DNA from: an uncultured Gemmatimonadales bacterium
Lineage (GTDB): Bacteria > Gemmatimonadota > Gemmatimonadetes > Gemmatimonadales > Gemmatimonadaceae
Assembly (NCBI GenBank): GCA_963850905.1
Contig: CAWKMU010000003.1
Coordinates: 1,376,001-1,440,000 of the forward strand
Reading direction: 5' to 3'
DNA length: 64,000 bases
Both the position numbers and the translations under genes were made by a program. How positions within the stretch are numbered: position 1 is the first letter of the stretch; the number at the start of each line of letters is the position of its first letter. Below, piece after piece: positions 10,744-19,826 of this stretch. Under the pieces are notes generated by a model that saw nothing but the letters and a program-made list of their open reading frames with translations, did no database searches and was not told the DNA's origin.

Positions 10744-11216
10744 GGTCGAACCGGTGACGTGGGACCTCCAGCAAACCGTTCCTCGATCGCGTGCACTTTG
10801 GCGAGCCGGCGCAGGTGGCGGTCCTCGCCGCTGAATCGAGCCCGGAGGAAGACGCGAGCGAGTTCCTTGGCAAGCTCCGCACCGATCACGCGGGCGCCGA
10901 GCACCAGGATGTTCATATCGTCGTGCTCGACGCCCTGGTGCGCCGAGTAGCTGTCGTGGCAGACCGCGGCACGGACGCCGGGCACTTTGTTGGCCGCGAC
11001 CGACGCGCCGACTCCACTTCCACAGAACAGTACGCCGCGTTCGGCTCGTCCGTTCACAACGTGGAGGGCGAGCTTCTCGGCGAAGTCCGGGTAGTCGACC
11101 GGCGCCGTCGAATCAGTGCCGAGGTCGTCGACCTCGTGCCCATCGGCGCGAAGCGCGCTGATGACCTCCCATTTCCGATCGACACCGGCGTGATCGGACG
11201 CGACGGCGATGTGCAT
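10740..11216 (-). CDS. rpiB: Ribose-5-phosphate isomerase B
   Basis: ASDHAG, VDYPD, CGSGVG, ANKVPGVRAA, EHDDMN, GARVIG, RHLRR. Confidence 0.95.
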   Translation of the reverse strand: MHIAVASDHAGVDRKWEVISALRADGHEVDDLGTDSTAPVDYPDFAEKLALHVVNGRAERGVLFCGSGVGASVAANKVPGVRAAVCHDSYSAHQGVEHDDMNILVLGARVIGAELAKELARVFLRARFSGEDRHLRRLAKVHAIEERFAGGPTSPVRP

Positions 11217-11322
11217 GGAGGAATCGTAATAGGCACTTGGACAGGGGCGAATCGAGAGCACCCGCACCCTCCCGCCGACAGGACCGGGGCTTGCGTTTTC
11301 ATGTGACCGTGTCGTGACGTTG

Positions 11323-11340
11323 TGTGACAAACATGTTACA
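11323..11340. promoter_or_regulatory. Candidate operator dyad TGTGACA-N4-TGTTACA between rpiB and the thioredoxin-like gene
   Basis: Near-perfect AT-rich palindrome in a divergent intergenic region. Confidence 0.4.
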
Positions 11341-11391
11341 CTACGCCTCTGGACAATGTTGTCATCGAAGCGACGGGCGCGGAGCGGAACA

Positions 11392-11904
11392 ATGGGAGCG
11401 TGTGGACGGGTGGGAGCGGCTGCTGTGGTGGCGGCGATGGCTGCGGGTGCGGTTGCGTGTGGCACAGGGAACTTGCCCAAGCCCGATTCTCGGCTGGGCC
11501 AGGGGATGCCGTTTGCGGTGGTCGACATTCGGCCGGGCGCTGGAAGCATGGCGGAGCAACTCGCCAGGGCCGCGGACGACGCGGCGCGGGCCAATCTTCG
11601 CCCCTATGTCGAGCTCACATCAGAGTGGTGCCGGGCGTGCCACTTCCTCGACCACAGCTTCTCGAAGCATTCCGTGGCCCAGGCGTTTGGTGGCACGTAC
11701 ATCGTCCGCGTGGATGTCGACCACTGGGAAGGGCTGCTCGGTGGTACTGGACTCGACAACCACGACGGCGGACCGCTCCCAGCGTTCATCGCGCTCAGCC
11801 AACGCGGGCACCCGATCGGAGAGTGGGTGGACCGCACCGACTGGGCCTCCGATGTCCCCGAGCTGGCCGCGGCGGTATTGGCGGATTTCTTTCACTGGCC
11901 GTGA
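11392..11904 (+). CDS. Thioredoxin-like (lipo)protein
   Basis: Signal peptide with AVAC lipobox-like motif; SEWCRAC; VRVDVD; start uncertain (11356 alternative). Confidence 0.7.
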   Translation: MGACGRVGAAAVVAAMAAGAVACGTGNLPKPDSRLGQGMPFAVVDIRPGAGSMAEQLARAADDAARANLRPYVELTSEWCRACHFLDHSFSKHSVAQAFGGTYIVRVDVDHWEGLLGGTGLDNHDGGPLPAFIALSQRGHPIGEWVDRTDWASDVPELAAAVLADFFHWP

Positions 11905-11968
11905 GCGCTTGCTTCGCTCGCGCTAGAGAGTAGAAGCACAGAAAAGGGGGACGTCGCGTAACGAAAGG

Positions 11969-12199
11969 CCGGGTGACGGGTAACGGGTCACGGAACTGCA
12001 ACGTCCACTGCAAACACCGGGCGGGCCGAAGCCCGCCCCTACATGTTGCTGCGGGCAGCTTCACATCCGGATTCGTCGACCGACACCGGCAAACGTCGCC
12101 GCGGCGCTCCAGAAAGTCACCGTCCATTCCGACATGTAGGGGCGGCCTTCAGGCCGCCCAGCATTGGCGACGCGATGTTGTAGTCACCCGCCACCCGGC
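11969..12199. mobile_element. REPIN-like foldback element, copy A
   Basis: Inverted REP GGGCGGGCCGAAGCCCGCCCCTAC (12019-12042) and REP GTAGGGGCGGCCTTCAGGCCGCCC (12136-12159), 93-nt spacer, GGGTRAC heptamer arms; homologous to copies at 30.4 kb and 55.1 kb. Confidence 0.8.
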
Positions 12200-13743
12200 T
12201 CCACAGTTTTTTCCCGCCGGCCGAACGATGCCAGAGTCGCGCCCATCCCATCGATCGTCGTCTTCGCGTTCCAGCGGTCGTAGCCGTTGTAAATGAAGCT
12301 GAACGCGAGGATTTCGCCGTCGACCGCTGTTACGTAGCCGCCAAGGGAAATCACGTACTCGGTCGTGCCGGTCTTGGCGTGCAGGTTCCCCTGCGCCGGG
12401 GTCTGGCGCATACGGTTGCGCAGCAGTTCCGACTCGCCGGCGACAGGCAGGGACGCGTGGAACGCCGTGCTCCACGGCGCGCGGTCGGCGTAGGACAACA
12501 GCTCGACCATGGCGCGCGGTGTGACGCGGTCGAGCGTCGAGAGGCCACTCCCATCGGTGACCGTGACGGCGTCGCCGGCGACGCCGACCTTGTCCGTCAG
12601 GAACTGGCGTAAGAGAGCCGCGCCGAGATCGACAGAGCCGATCGAGGAGCGGTCCGGCCCGCGGACCGCATCCCGAAACAGCAACTCGGCGTAGTGGTTG
12701 ATGCTCGCGCGGTTCATCGCCGCCACGATGCGCGTCAAGGGGGGCGAAGAGAGCGCCGCCACCTTGACCGCGGCCGCAGGTGTCGGTGCGAGACGAATGG
12801 CACCGTCCACTCGGACGCCCGCCGCGGCGAGGGCATTGCGGAAGGCACCGACCGTAAACAGCGCGGGGTCTTCGATGACCAGCTCGAACAGGCGCGTCCC
12901 GCATCGCGACCCGATCCAACCGGCGGCGTGGATCGACCCGTCATGACGGGCGTACACCGAGATGCGTGCGCCGCTGCTGCCCGCGACGGTGTGCACGGCG
13001 TTCTGCACCGGCAGGGCACTCGACGATGGCTCCAGCACGACTTCCGCCGCGTGTCCAGCAGCGCCCGGCGAAACGGCGACTACGACGACATTGTCATTGA
13101 GCGAGAGTGCCGACACGCGAGCTGCGTAGCTCGCCCCGAGGTAGCGTCGCAGCCACCCTGCGGGAATCGCCTGACCCTCGAAGGCGGTTGCATCACCGAC
13201 GATATCACCGTGCACGCGTCGGATGCCGGCAGCGGCGACCGATCGCGCAAGGCTCTGCATGGGCGCGTCGGGCTCGCCTCGGAGAAACCGGTTCGAGAGC
13301 GACGGGTCGCCGTCGCCACGCAAGATCAAATTGCCCTGCAGGGATCCATCGGAGTCGACGGCGCCGTCCCGGAGCACATCGGTCTCGAACATGTAGTCGG
13401 GGCCGAGGCGATCGAATGCGAGCGCTGAGGTAAAAAGCTTCATCGTCGACGCCGGCCGGAGCGGCATGTCGGCATTCACGGCATACAGGGTGTCGCCACG
13501 GGTGAGCGACACGACGATGACGCCCCACTGGCCGGTGCGTACGCGGCCGTGGAGCATCGACGACAGGTCGGTGTCGAGTGCGTCCACGGTCGTCGGCGCG
13601 TCGTACCGGACGGCGGGCACCACCGTGCTGCGGCGATGGTGGTGCCGGACGTGACCTGTTTGCGCATCCGCGTCGTGGCAAGGGACAAGGACGCAGGCGC
13701 TGAACGCCAGCGTGACGAAGAATGACGGAGCTTTGAGGGCCAT
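12184..13743 (-). CDS. dacB: D-Ala-D-Ala carboxypeptidase/endopeptidase (PBP4, peptidase S13)
   Basis: PASTMK, GDGDPSL, SIN, DGSGLS, AKTGT. Confidence 0.92.
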   Translation of the reverse strand: MALKAPSFFVTLAFSACVLVPCHDADAQTGHVRHHHRRSTVVPAVRYDAPTTVDALDTDLSSMLHGRVRTGQWGVIVVSLTRGDTLYAVNADMPLRPASTMKLFTSALAFDRLGPDYMFETDVLRDGAVDSDGSLQGNLILRGDGDPSLSNRFLRGEPDAPMQSLARSVAAAGIRRVHGDIVGDATAFEGQAIPAGWLRRYLGASYAARVSALSLNDNVVVVAVSPGAAGHAAEVVLEPSSSALPVQNAVHTVAGSSGARISVYARHDGSIHAAGWIGSRCGTRLFELVIEDPALFTVGAFRNALAAAGVRVDGAIRLAPTPAAAVKVAALSSPPLTRIVAAMNRASINHYAELLFRDAVRGPDRSSIGSVDLGAALLRQFLTDKVGVAGDAVTVTDGSGLSTLDRVTPRAMVELLSYADRAPWSTAFHASLPVAGESELLRNRMRQTPAQGNLHAKTGTTEYVISLGGYVTAVDGEILAFSFIYNGYDRWNAKTTIDGMGATLASFGRREKTVEPGGG

Positions 13744-13757
13744 GAGACGGCGAGAAG

Positions 13758-15044
13758 CTACACTTTGACGAAGATGCGTCGCTTGTACAACAGAGTGAGG
13801 ACTGCCAGCCACAGCAGCACGAAACTAACTGCGAATGCGGCTGACGCGAGGCGTGGGTCGAGCCAGGATGCGAAGGCCGAACGATAAATCGCGGTCTCGA
13901 CCGGCACTGGCCCGCTGGGGCTCGGGACGGTGATGACCGAGTAGATGAGCCGAGCCATCATGTCCGAGCCGACAAACGCGACGATGGGGTTCATGCCATA
14001 GATCATGAACGGCGTGGACCAACGCCGGGCGCCGAGGGAGTCGATGAGCCAGAGGCATGTGCCGAGGGTGAGCGCTCCGAGACCCGCAGTCAACAGCACG
14101 AACGAGCTCGTCCACAGATTCTTGTTGATCGGGAAGACCCATCCCCACGCACAACCCACGGCCGCCAGGATGGCGCCGACCGCAAGTAGGCCAACCAGTC
14201 GGTCACTCAGCGATCGATCGGTCACGATCCATCGGCCTGCGATTACGCCCAGGAGCGTCGTCGCGATCGCCGGCAACGTCGAGAGTGGGCCCTCGGGGTC
14301 CCACGTCACGCTTTGTGCCCAAATATGATTGCCGGCACCCCAACTGCTCCAATCGAGCAGCAATCGATCGAACCAGGCCGCGAGCGTTGCCGGCGGTTGG
14401 TCCATCACCATCCAACCGAGCTTGCCGGAGTCCGGGACTGGGACCAACGTCATGAGCACCCAGTAGCCCACGAGGATTCCGGCGATACCGATGAGTTGCG
14501 TCCGGAGCGACGTCCGCAGGGCAATCAGCGCCGCTACGATGTAGACAATGCCGATCCGTTGAAGGATGCCTGGGCCGCGGACGTGGAGCATCCGGTCTCG
14601 AATGCGGTCGAGTAGGCTCGGGTCAGCAATACCGGTCACGGGGCCCCAGGTGAAGCCTGGGAACCAGCTCACGAACAAGCCGAGCGCGACGATAATCGCA
14701 CCGCGTCGGAAGACCTGTCGCATGAGCGCAGCGTCGTTGTCGCCCCGCGCACGGCGTGCGGTCAGCGATAGCGTTGTCGTGATCCCGACAATGAAGAGAA
14801 AAAACGGGAAGATGAGGTCCGTGGGCGTCCAGCCGTTCCACGGCGCGTGCTCCAGCGGTGGAAAAATGTGACCCCAGCTGCCGGGATCGTTGACGAGCAG
14901 CATGCCTGCGACGGTGATGCCGCGAAAGACGTCAAGCGCCAGGAGCCGCGGGCGCCGCGGATCCGCTACCGGCAGTCGAATGTCGCCGCCAGTCCCCTTC
15001 GAGTCCTGTAGTAGCGAGGCGGACGAAGAGGGGCTAGCCAGCAC
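13758..15044 (-). CDS. DUF5009 / heparan-alpha-glucosaminide N-acetyltransferase-like (NagX-type) membrane protein
   Basis: RLLALDVFRG, HAPWNG, DLIFPFFLFIVG, GILQRI, DPEG, PINKNLWTSS; start uncertain. Confidence 0.85.
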   Translation of the reverse strand: MLASPSSSASLLQDSKGTGGDIRLPVADPRRPRLLALDVFRGITVAGMLLVNDPGSWGHIFPPLEHAPWNGWTPTDLIFPFFLFIVGITTTLSLTARRARGDNDAALMRQVFRRGAIIVALGLFVSWFPGFTWGPVTGIADPSLLDRIRDRMLHVRGPGILQRIGIVYIVAALIALRTSLRTQLIGIAGILVGYWVLMTLVPVPDSGKLGWMVMDQPPATLAAWFDRLLLDWSSWGAGNHIWAQSVTWDPEGPLSTLPAIATTLLGVIAGRWIVTDRSLSDRLVGLLAVGAILAAVGCAWGWVFPINKNLWTSSFVLLTAGLGALTLGTCLWLIDSLGARRWSTPFMIYGMNPIVAFVGSDMMARLIYSVITVPSPSGPVPVETAIYRSAFASWLDPRLASAAFAVSFVLLWLAVLTLLYKRRIFVKV

Positions 15045-15675
15045 GAGGCGAAGCCGGTGATGCGCCGGCTGGGCTCGTCTGCTGCGGCGTCGCGGCCTGA
15101 ACGCTCGCAGGTGGAGCGGACCACGCGCCCGTGCTGTCGCACTGCGGTCTGATCGCGAGTGGGCCAATCACGTGTCCGCGTACCTTCACCCCGCCGATGT
15201 AATGGCCGCTGAATGTCACGACCGGGTGCAGGGGATCTGTCTTCGCTAGCCCATGGTACGCGACCAAGAGTGCGTCGTAATCGCCGTAGCTCTTGATGCG
15301 ATTCTCAACAACCGCCTGCTGTGGTGGCTCGGTCGAGTACATGTACGTCGTCCGCCGACCCTGCATCGCCTGGACGGCAGCGGGCGGCGGCGTCGAATCC
15401 GTGGCTGGCACGTACACGAGGAACCCCGGCTCTGGATCCGAATGATCGAGAAAGGCGGTCACCGCTACGGCAATGACTGAGTCATCACCGGCCTGCTCGC
15501 ACAGGTGATTTGTGAAGCTGCGGGTGCCGCCGCCGGTGCCGCCGCAGCCGGCGGCGAGGCATGCGGCAATCCCCAGCGACCATCCGCCCGTCCGAGCGCG
15601 AGCGAGGGATACGCGCGGACGTCGGTGTCGGCGCGCGAGGCGACCAGGACGACTGAGAATGGGCTGTGGAGTCAC
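15034..15675 (-). CDS. Hypothetical lipoprotein
   Basis: LAAGC lipobox; GTG start overlaps ctaG stop. Confidence 0.6.
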   Translation of the reverse strand: MTPQPILSRPGRLARRHRRPRVSLARARTGGWSLGIAACLAAGCGGTGGGTRSFTNHLCEQAGDDSVIAVAVTAFLDHSDPEPGFLVYVPATDSTPPPAAVQAMQGRRTTYMYSTEPPQQAVVENRIKSYGDYDALLVAYHGLAKTDPLHPVVTFSGHYIGGVKVRGHVIGPLAIRPQCDSTGAWSAPPASVQAATPQQTSPAGASPASPRAG

Positions 15676-16481
15676 GTGCTCACCTGTGCAGCCTCGGTTG
15701 TGTCTGCATCCCGCGCCGCCCACTTGAAAAAGACGACGGTCATGACGCCGTAGAAGAAGAGTCCGCCCGGAATCCACATGATGAGGCCGCCGATCATCTG
15801 ATCGTCCAAGGGCAGAATACCCCAGATCCGAGGCGCCGCCTCATAAGCGGGGTAGAGGACATGGTTTGCCAGAGCGATGTAAATCGCGACCACAGACATC
15901 GGAACGCTCATCAAGAAGCAGTACAGCATCTGACCGGGATAGGCCAGCCGAGGCAACTCCGGGAGCGGGCTCAACAGCGGCCACCACATGAGCACCGCGG
16001 TGACCAGGAACGTCAGGTGCTCGACAATGTGCACCGGGTGGTCCGCCATCGCGAGGTTGTACAGCGGAGGCAGGTGCCAGAGCGCGATCGCTAGGTTGAA
16101 CACGACGAAGCAGCGACTGGGGCGTGTGATCCACCGTGCTACTGCCGCCACGGCACGCACGCGCAACGCCGGGCGAAGCATCCACCCCGGTGTCCCGATG
16201 ACGAGGAGCGGCGCGACGACGAACGTCAGCGCGAGGTGCTGCACCATGTGGGCGCTGAAGAGGTACGCGTCGCTCAGATCGTGGAGCGGGCCGTTCAAGC
16301 TGAAAAACAGTACCGCGAGGCCGCTGAGGAACGCGACGGACTGTGTCGTCGTGGGTCTGCGGTGCTCACGCTTGACCCTCCAGCCGTACAGCGCTCCCAG
16401 CCCGGCGATGCCGATGACCGTGCTCGGGTGGACCGAGAAGCCGGTGATGCCGGTGGCGTCTACGGGGTGGAGGAGGACCAT
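15672..16481 (-). CDS. ctaG: Cytochrome c oxidase caa3 assembly factor (Caa3_CtaG)
   Basis: FSAHMVQH, WHLP, DQMIGGLIMWIPG; directly downstream of cox genes. Confidence 0.88.
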   Translation of the reverse strand: MVLLHPVDATGITGFSVHPSTVIGIAGLGALYGWRVKREHRRPTTTQSVAFLSGLAVLFFSLNGPLHDLSDAYLFSAHMVQHLALTFVVAPLLVIGTPGWMLRPALRVRAVAAVARWITRPSRCFVVFNLAIALWHLPPLYNLAMADHPVHIVEHLTFLVTAVLMWWPLLSPLPELPRLAYPGQMLYCFLMSVPMSVVAIYIALANHVLYPAYEAAPRIWGILPLDDQMIGGLIMWIPGGLFFYGVMTVVFFKWAARDADTTEAAQVST

Positions 16482-16528
16482 GAGGGGCAAGATATGGGCG
16501 AGCACGGGCGAAGGCGTAGGGACTGAAG

Positions 16529-16691
16529 GGCGGGTCTGGGGCTCGGGTTTGGGGTCAGGGGTCTGGGAACAAACCGAAAGGCCGCTCACGGTGCACAGTG
16601 AACGGCCTTGGACCGGTAGGGGCGACGCATTGCGTCGCCCGTTTTCTGTCATTGCGGTTGCCGTTGCCAAACCCCAAACCCCAAACCCGCC
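16529..16691. repeat. Heptamer-arm foldback element carrying a single REP
   Basis: GGGGTCT/GGGGTTT-type arm versus AAACCCC arm; inner hairpin 16578-16609; REP GTAGGGGCGACGCATTGCGTCGCCC at 16616-16640. Confidence 0.75.
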
Positions 16692-16692
16692 G

Positions 16693-17063
16693 TTACCTCA
16701 GTAGCCCCAGCCTGAGCGCGAAGTGGCCGAACAGGAACATCAGGGCAACGATCGTCACCATGGCGACGAGCAGCGGGCCGGTGAAGAGCGCCCGGAACAG
16801 CTTGTGGTCGTACTTCAGGTGCATGTAAAACATGACCACGATCGCGAACTTCACCGCCGAGAGCACGAGCAATACCGGAACGAAGAAGGGCGTGCTCACG
16901 AAGCTCGGCAGGTAGTAGCACCAGACCTCGACGACCGTGATGACCGTCAGGACCGTTGCGACCTTCCAGTAGATCGACCACGTCGGGTGCTCGTGCACGG
17001 CACCCAGCTGCGCCTCGAGCGGCGTCCGCCGTCTGAGCCGTGATGGGATTCGGATGATGTCAT
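16693..17063 (-). CDS. Cytochrome c oxidase subunit IV, frameshift near 17030
   Basis: KFAIVVMFYMHLKYD, three TM helices; ATG at 17063 is out of frame with LEAQLGAVHEHP. Confidence 0.85.
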
Positions 17064-17074
17064 GGCTCGAGCGT

Positions 17075-17747
17075 CTAATGGATCAGGTAGACGAGCGTGA
17101 AGATCGCGATCCACACGACGTCGACGAAGTGCCAGTACAGCGCCATGATATCGACGTTGAGCGCATCCTTGGGTCCGAGACCGCGTTTGAAGTCGATGCC
17201 GAGCATCGTCAGCAGCCAGAGGACACCGGCCGTGACGTGGGCGCCGTGGAAGCCGGTCAGCGTGAAGAACGACGAGCCGAACAGATTGCGTGCGGATCGT
17301 CAGCCCTTCGTGGACGAACGAGGTGAACTCGTACGCCTGGAATCCGAGGAACGTCGCGCCCAGCACCGCCGTCATGAAGAGCCAGAGCTTGGACGATCCC
17401 AGAATCTTCTCGCCGAGCGTGACCTTGGGCTTGTCCTTGTTCTCGACGGCCGCCAACGCCAGCACCATCGCGAGCGACGACATGAGCAGCACGAACGTCG
17501 AGCAGGACGTCACCGGGATGTTGAGGATCGCCTTGAAGTGCTGTCCCGTCGCCGGGTCGGTCCAGGGCTCATGCGGGAACGGGCCCTGGACGCTCCGTCC
17601 CTTGTAGATGAGGTAGGTCGAGATCAGCGACGCGAACAGCATGCACTCGGAGCCGATGAAGGCCCAGATCGCGATCTTCCGATGCGGAAGTCCGGTCGTC
17701 GTGTAGGTGTGATCGACGTCGCTGGTGGGAAGTGCGGCAGTGGCCAT
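17075..17747 (-). CDS. coxC: Cytochrome c oxidase subunit III, +1 frameshift near 17288
   Basis: WAFIGSECMLF, QAYEF, then FFTLTGFHGAHV and YWHFVDVVW in the shifted frame. Confidence 0.9.
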
Positions 17748-17776
17748 GGGAACGGGATACGGTGGGCTAGAGGAGG

Positions 17777-19813
17777 TCAGTGCGCGTGCGCGCCAGGTGC
17801 TTCATGGGCATGCGCGCCATGTGCTTCGTGCGCTGGCTCGAGCGGCGAGGTCACCCACCAGTACAGCGAGCCGATGAACGTCGCCACGCCGGCGAGCCAG
17901 CACGACCCAGCCGGGTGTCCAGTACACGCGCGTCAGGATCAGACCGCAGAACATGATGGTGATGCCCAAGCGCCGCGAAGAATGGTTTGGTGGTCGTGTA
18001 CGGAATCGGGATCCCCAGCTCTTCGGCCGTCGGGATGCGCATCGCGTCTTGCGCACGTGCCGCCGGTGGCTGCGGTCGCGCCTCCGGTCCCTGCGGGGCT
18101 CGCCCCAGCGACGCGTGCCGATGCGAGGTCCACCTCGACGGCCTTGTCGCCCGCACGGGTATGGGGTACGTCCGCGGCGAGCTGCGGTGACTTCAGGTCC
18201 CACATCGGGTAGCGCGACGTCACGCGCGGGATCTTGGCGAAGTTGTAGATCGGCGGCGGCGACGGGATCGACCACTCCAGTGTCCCGCCGCCCCACGGAT
18301 CGTTGCCCGCCAGCGCGCCGCGCTTGCGGCTCATCAGAATGTTGAAGACGAGGATCAGCGTCGCGACGCCCATGGTGAACGCGCCGATGCGTCGACAGCA
18401 TGTTGAACGTGTCCCATCCCTGGTTGGCATCGTAGGTGTACGATACGGCGCGGCATCCCGAGCATGCCCGAGAAGTGCATCGGGAAGAACGCGAGGTTGG
18501 ACCCGATCAGGTTGAGCCAGAAATGCCAGCTTCCCGAGCCGTTCGTCGAGCAGGCGGCCGGTGAGTCTTGGGGAAGTAGTAGTAGATGCCCGCGAACAGG
18601 CCCATGAGGGACCCGCCGAACAGGACGTAGTGGAAGTGCGCGACGATGAAGTACGTGTCGGTCTGCTGGAGATCGGCCGGCGGCGAGGCGTGCATGATCC
18701 CGGAGATGCCGCCGATCGGTGAACATGCCGACGAGGGCGATCGCGAACATGCATCGCCGTCGTGAAGCGGATCGAGCCGCCCCACATCGTGAAGATCCAG
18801 TTGAAGATCTTCACGCCGGTCGGGATCGCGATCAGCATCGTCGTGACGCTGAAGACCGTGTCGGCGATCGGGCCCATGCCCACGGCGAACATGTGGTGGG
18901 CCCAGACGCCGAACCCGAGGAAGCCGATCAGGATGCCCGAGTACACCATGACCGGGTAGCCGAACAGCGGCTTGCGGCTGAACGTCGGCAGGACCTCCGA
19001 CACCAGGCCGAACGCCGGCAGGATCAGGATGTAGACCTCGGGGTGGCCGAAGATCCAGAACAGGTGCTGCCAGAGGAGCGGGTCCGCGCCCGCCTGGATC
19101 GTCGTAGAAGTTCGTGCCGAAGAAGCGATCGAACACCAGGAACACCACCGCGATCGTGATGACCGGGAACGCCAGCATGAGCAGGAACATGCACGACGAA
19201 CGCCATCCAGGTGAACATCGGCATGCGCATGAGGTTCATGCCTGGCGCGCGCATGTTGATGATCGTCGTGATGAAGTTGAACGCCGGCGGCAAGCGAGGA
19301 GATGCCGAGGATCTGCAGTCCGATCGCCCAGAAATCGATGTTCAGTCCCGGCGAGTAGGTGTTGGTCGTCAGCGGCGCATAGCCGAACCAACCGCCGTCC
19401 GGCCCAAGGCTGAAGAGAATCGGAATGGTGATGACAAGGCCGCCGAGCAGGTAGACCCAGTAGCTGAACGCGTTGAGCCGGGGGAACGCGACGTCGCGAG
19501 CGCCGATCTGGAGCGGGATCAGCAGGTTGAAGAACGCTGCCGACAGCGGCATGATGACGAGGAAGATCATCGTCGTGCCGTGCATCGTGAACAGCTGGTT
19601 GTAGAAGTTGGGCGAGACGATATGCCGGTTCGGTCCCATGAGCTGCAACCGGATGATCATCGCCTCGGCGCCGCCCCAGAGCATGAAGCAGAGCGAGGTG
19701 AAGAAATACAGATAGCCGATGCGCTTGTGGTCGGTGGTTCCGAGCCAACCCCGCAGCCCGCCCTCGGTTCGCTCGGTTGGTGCGGCAAACGCCGGCGCGG
19801 CAATAGTGGTCAT
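17777..19813 (-). CDS. coxA: Cytochrome c oxidase subunit I (A1 type), about 12 frameshifts
   Basis: [43 protein letters not shown] recovered across three frames; His-rich C-terminal tail. Confidence 0.93.
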
Positions 19814-19826
19814 TCTCGAATCGCTC

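Noticed and set aside
16482..16670. N-terminal extension of ctaG
   Set aside because: It is a translation of the foldback/REP element; a -10 box precedes ATG 16481
17777..19813. coxA as a true pseudogene or a programmed frameshifting/editing target
   Set aside because: The changes look like single-base insertions without slippery sites and catalytic residues are intact; an assembly artefact is more parsimonious, pending read data
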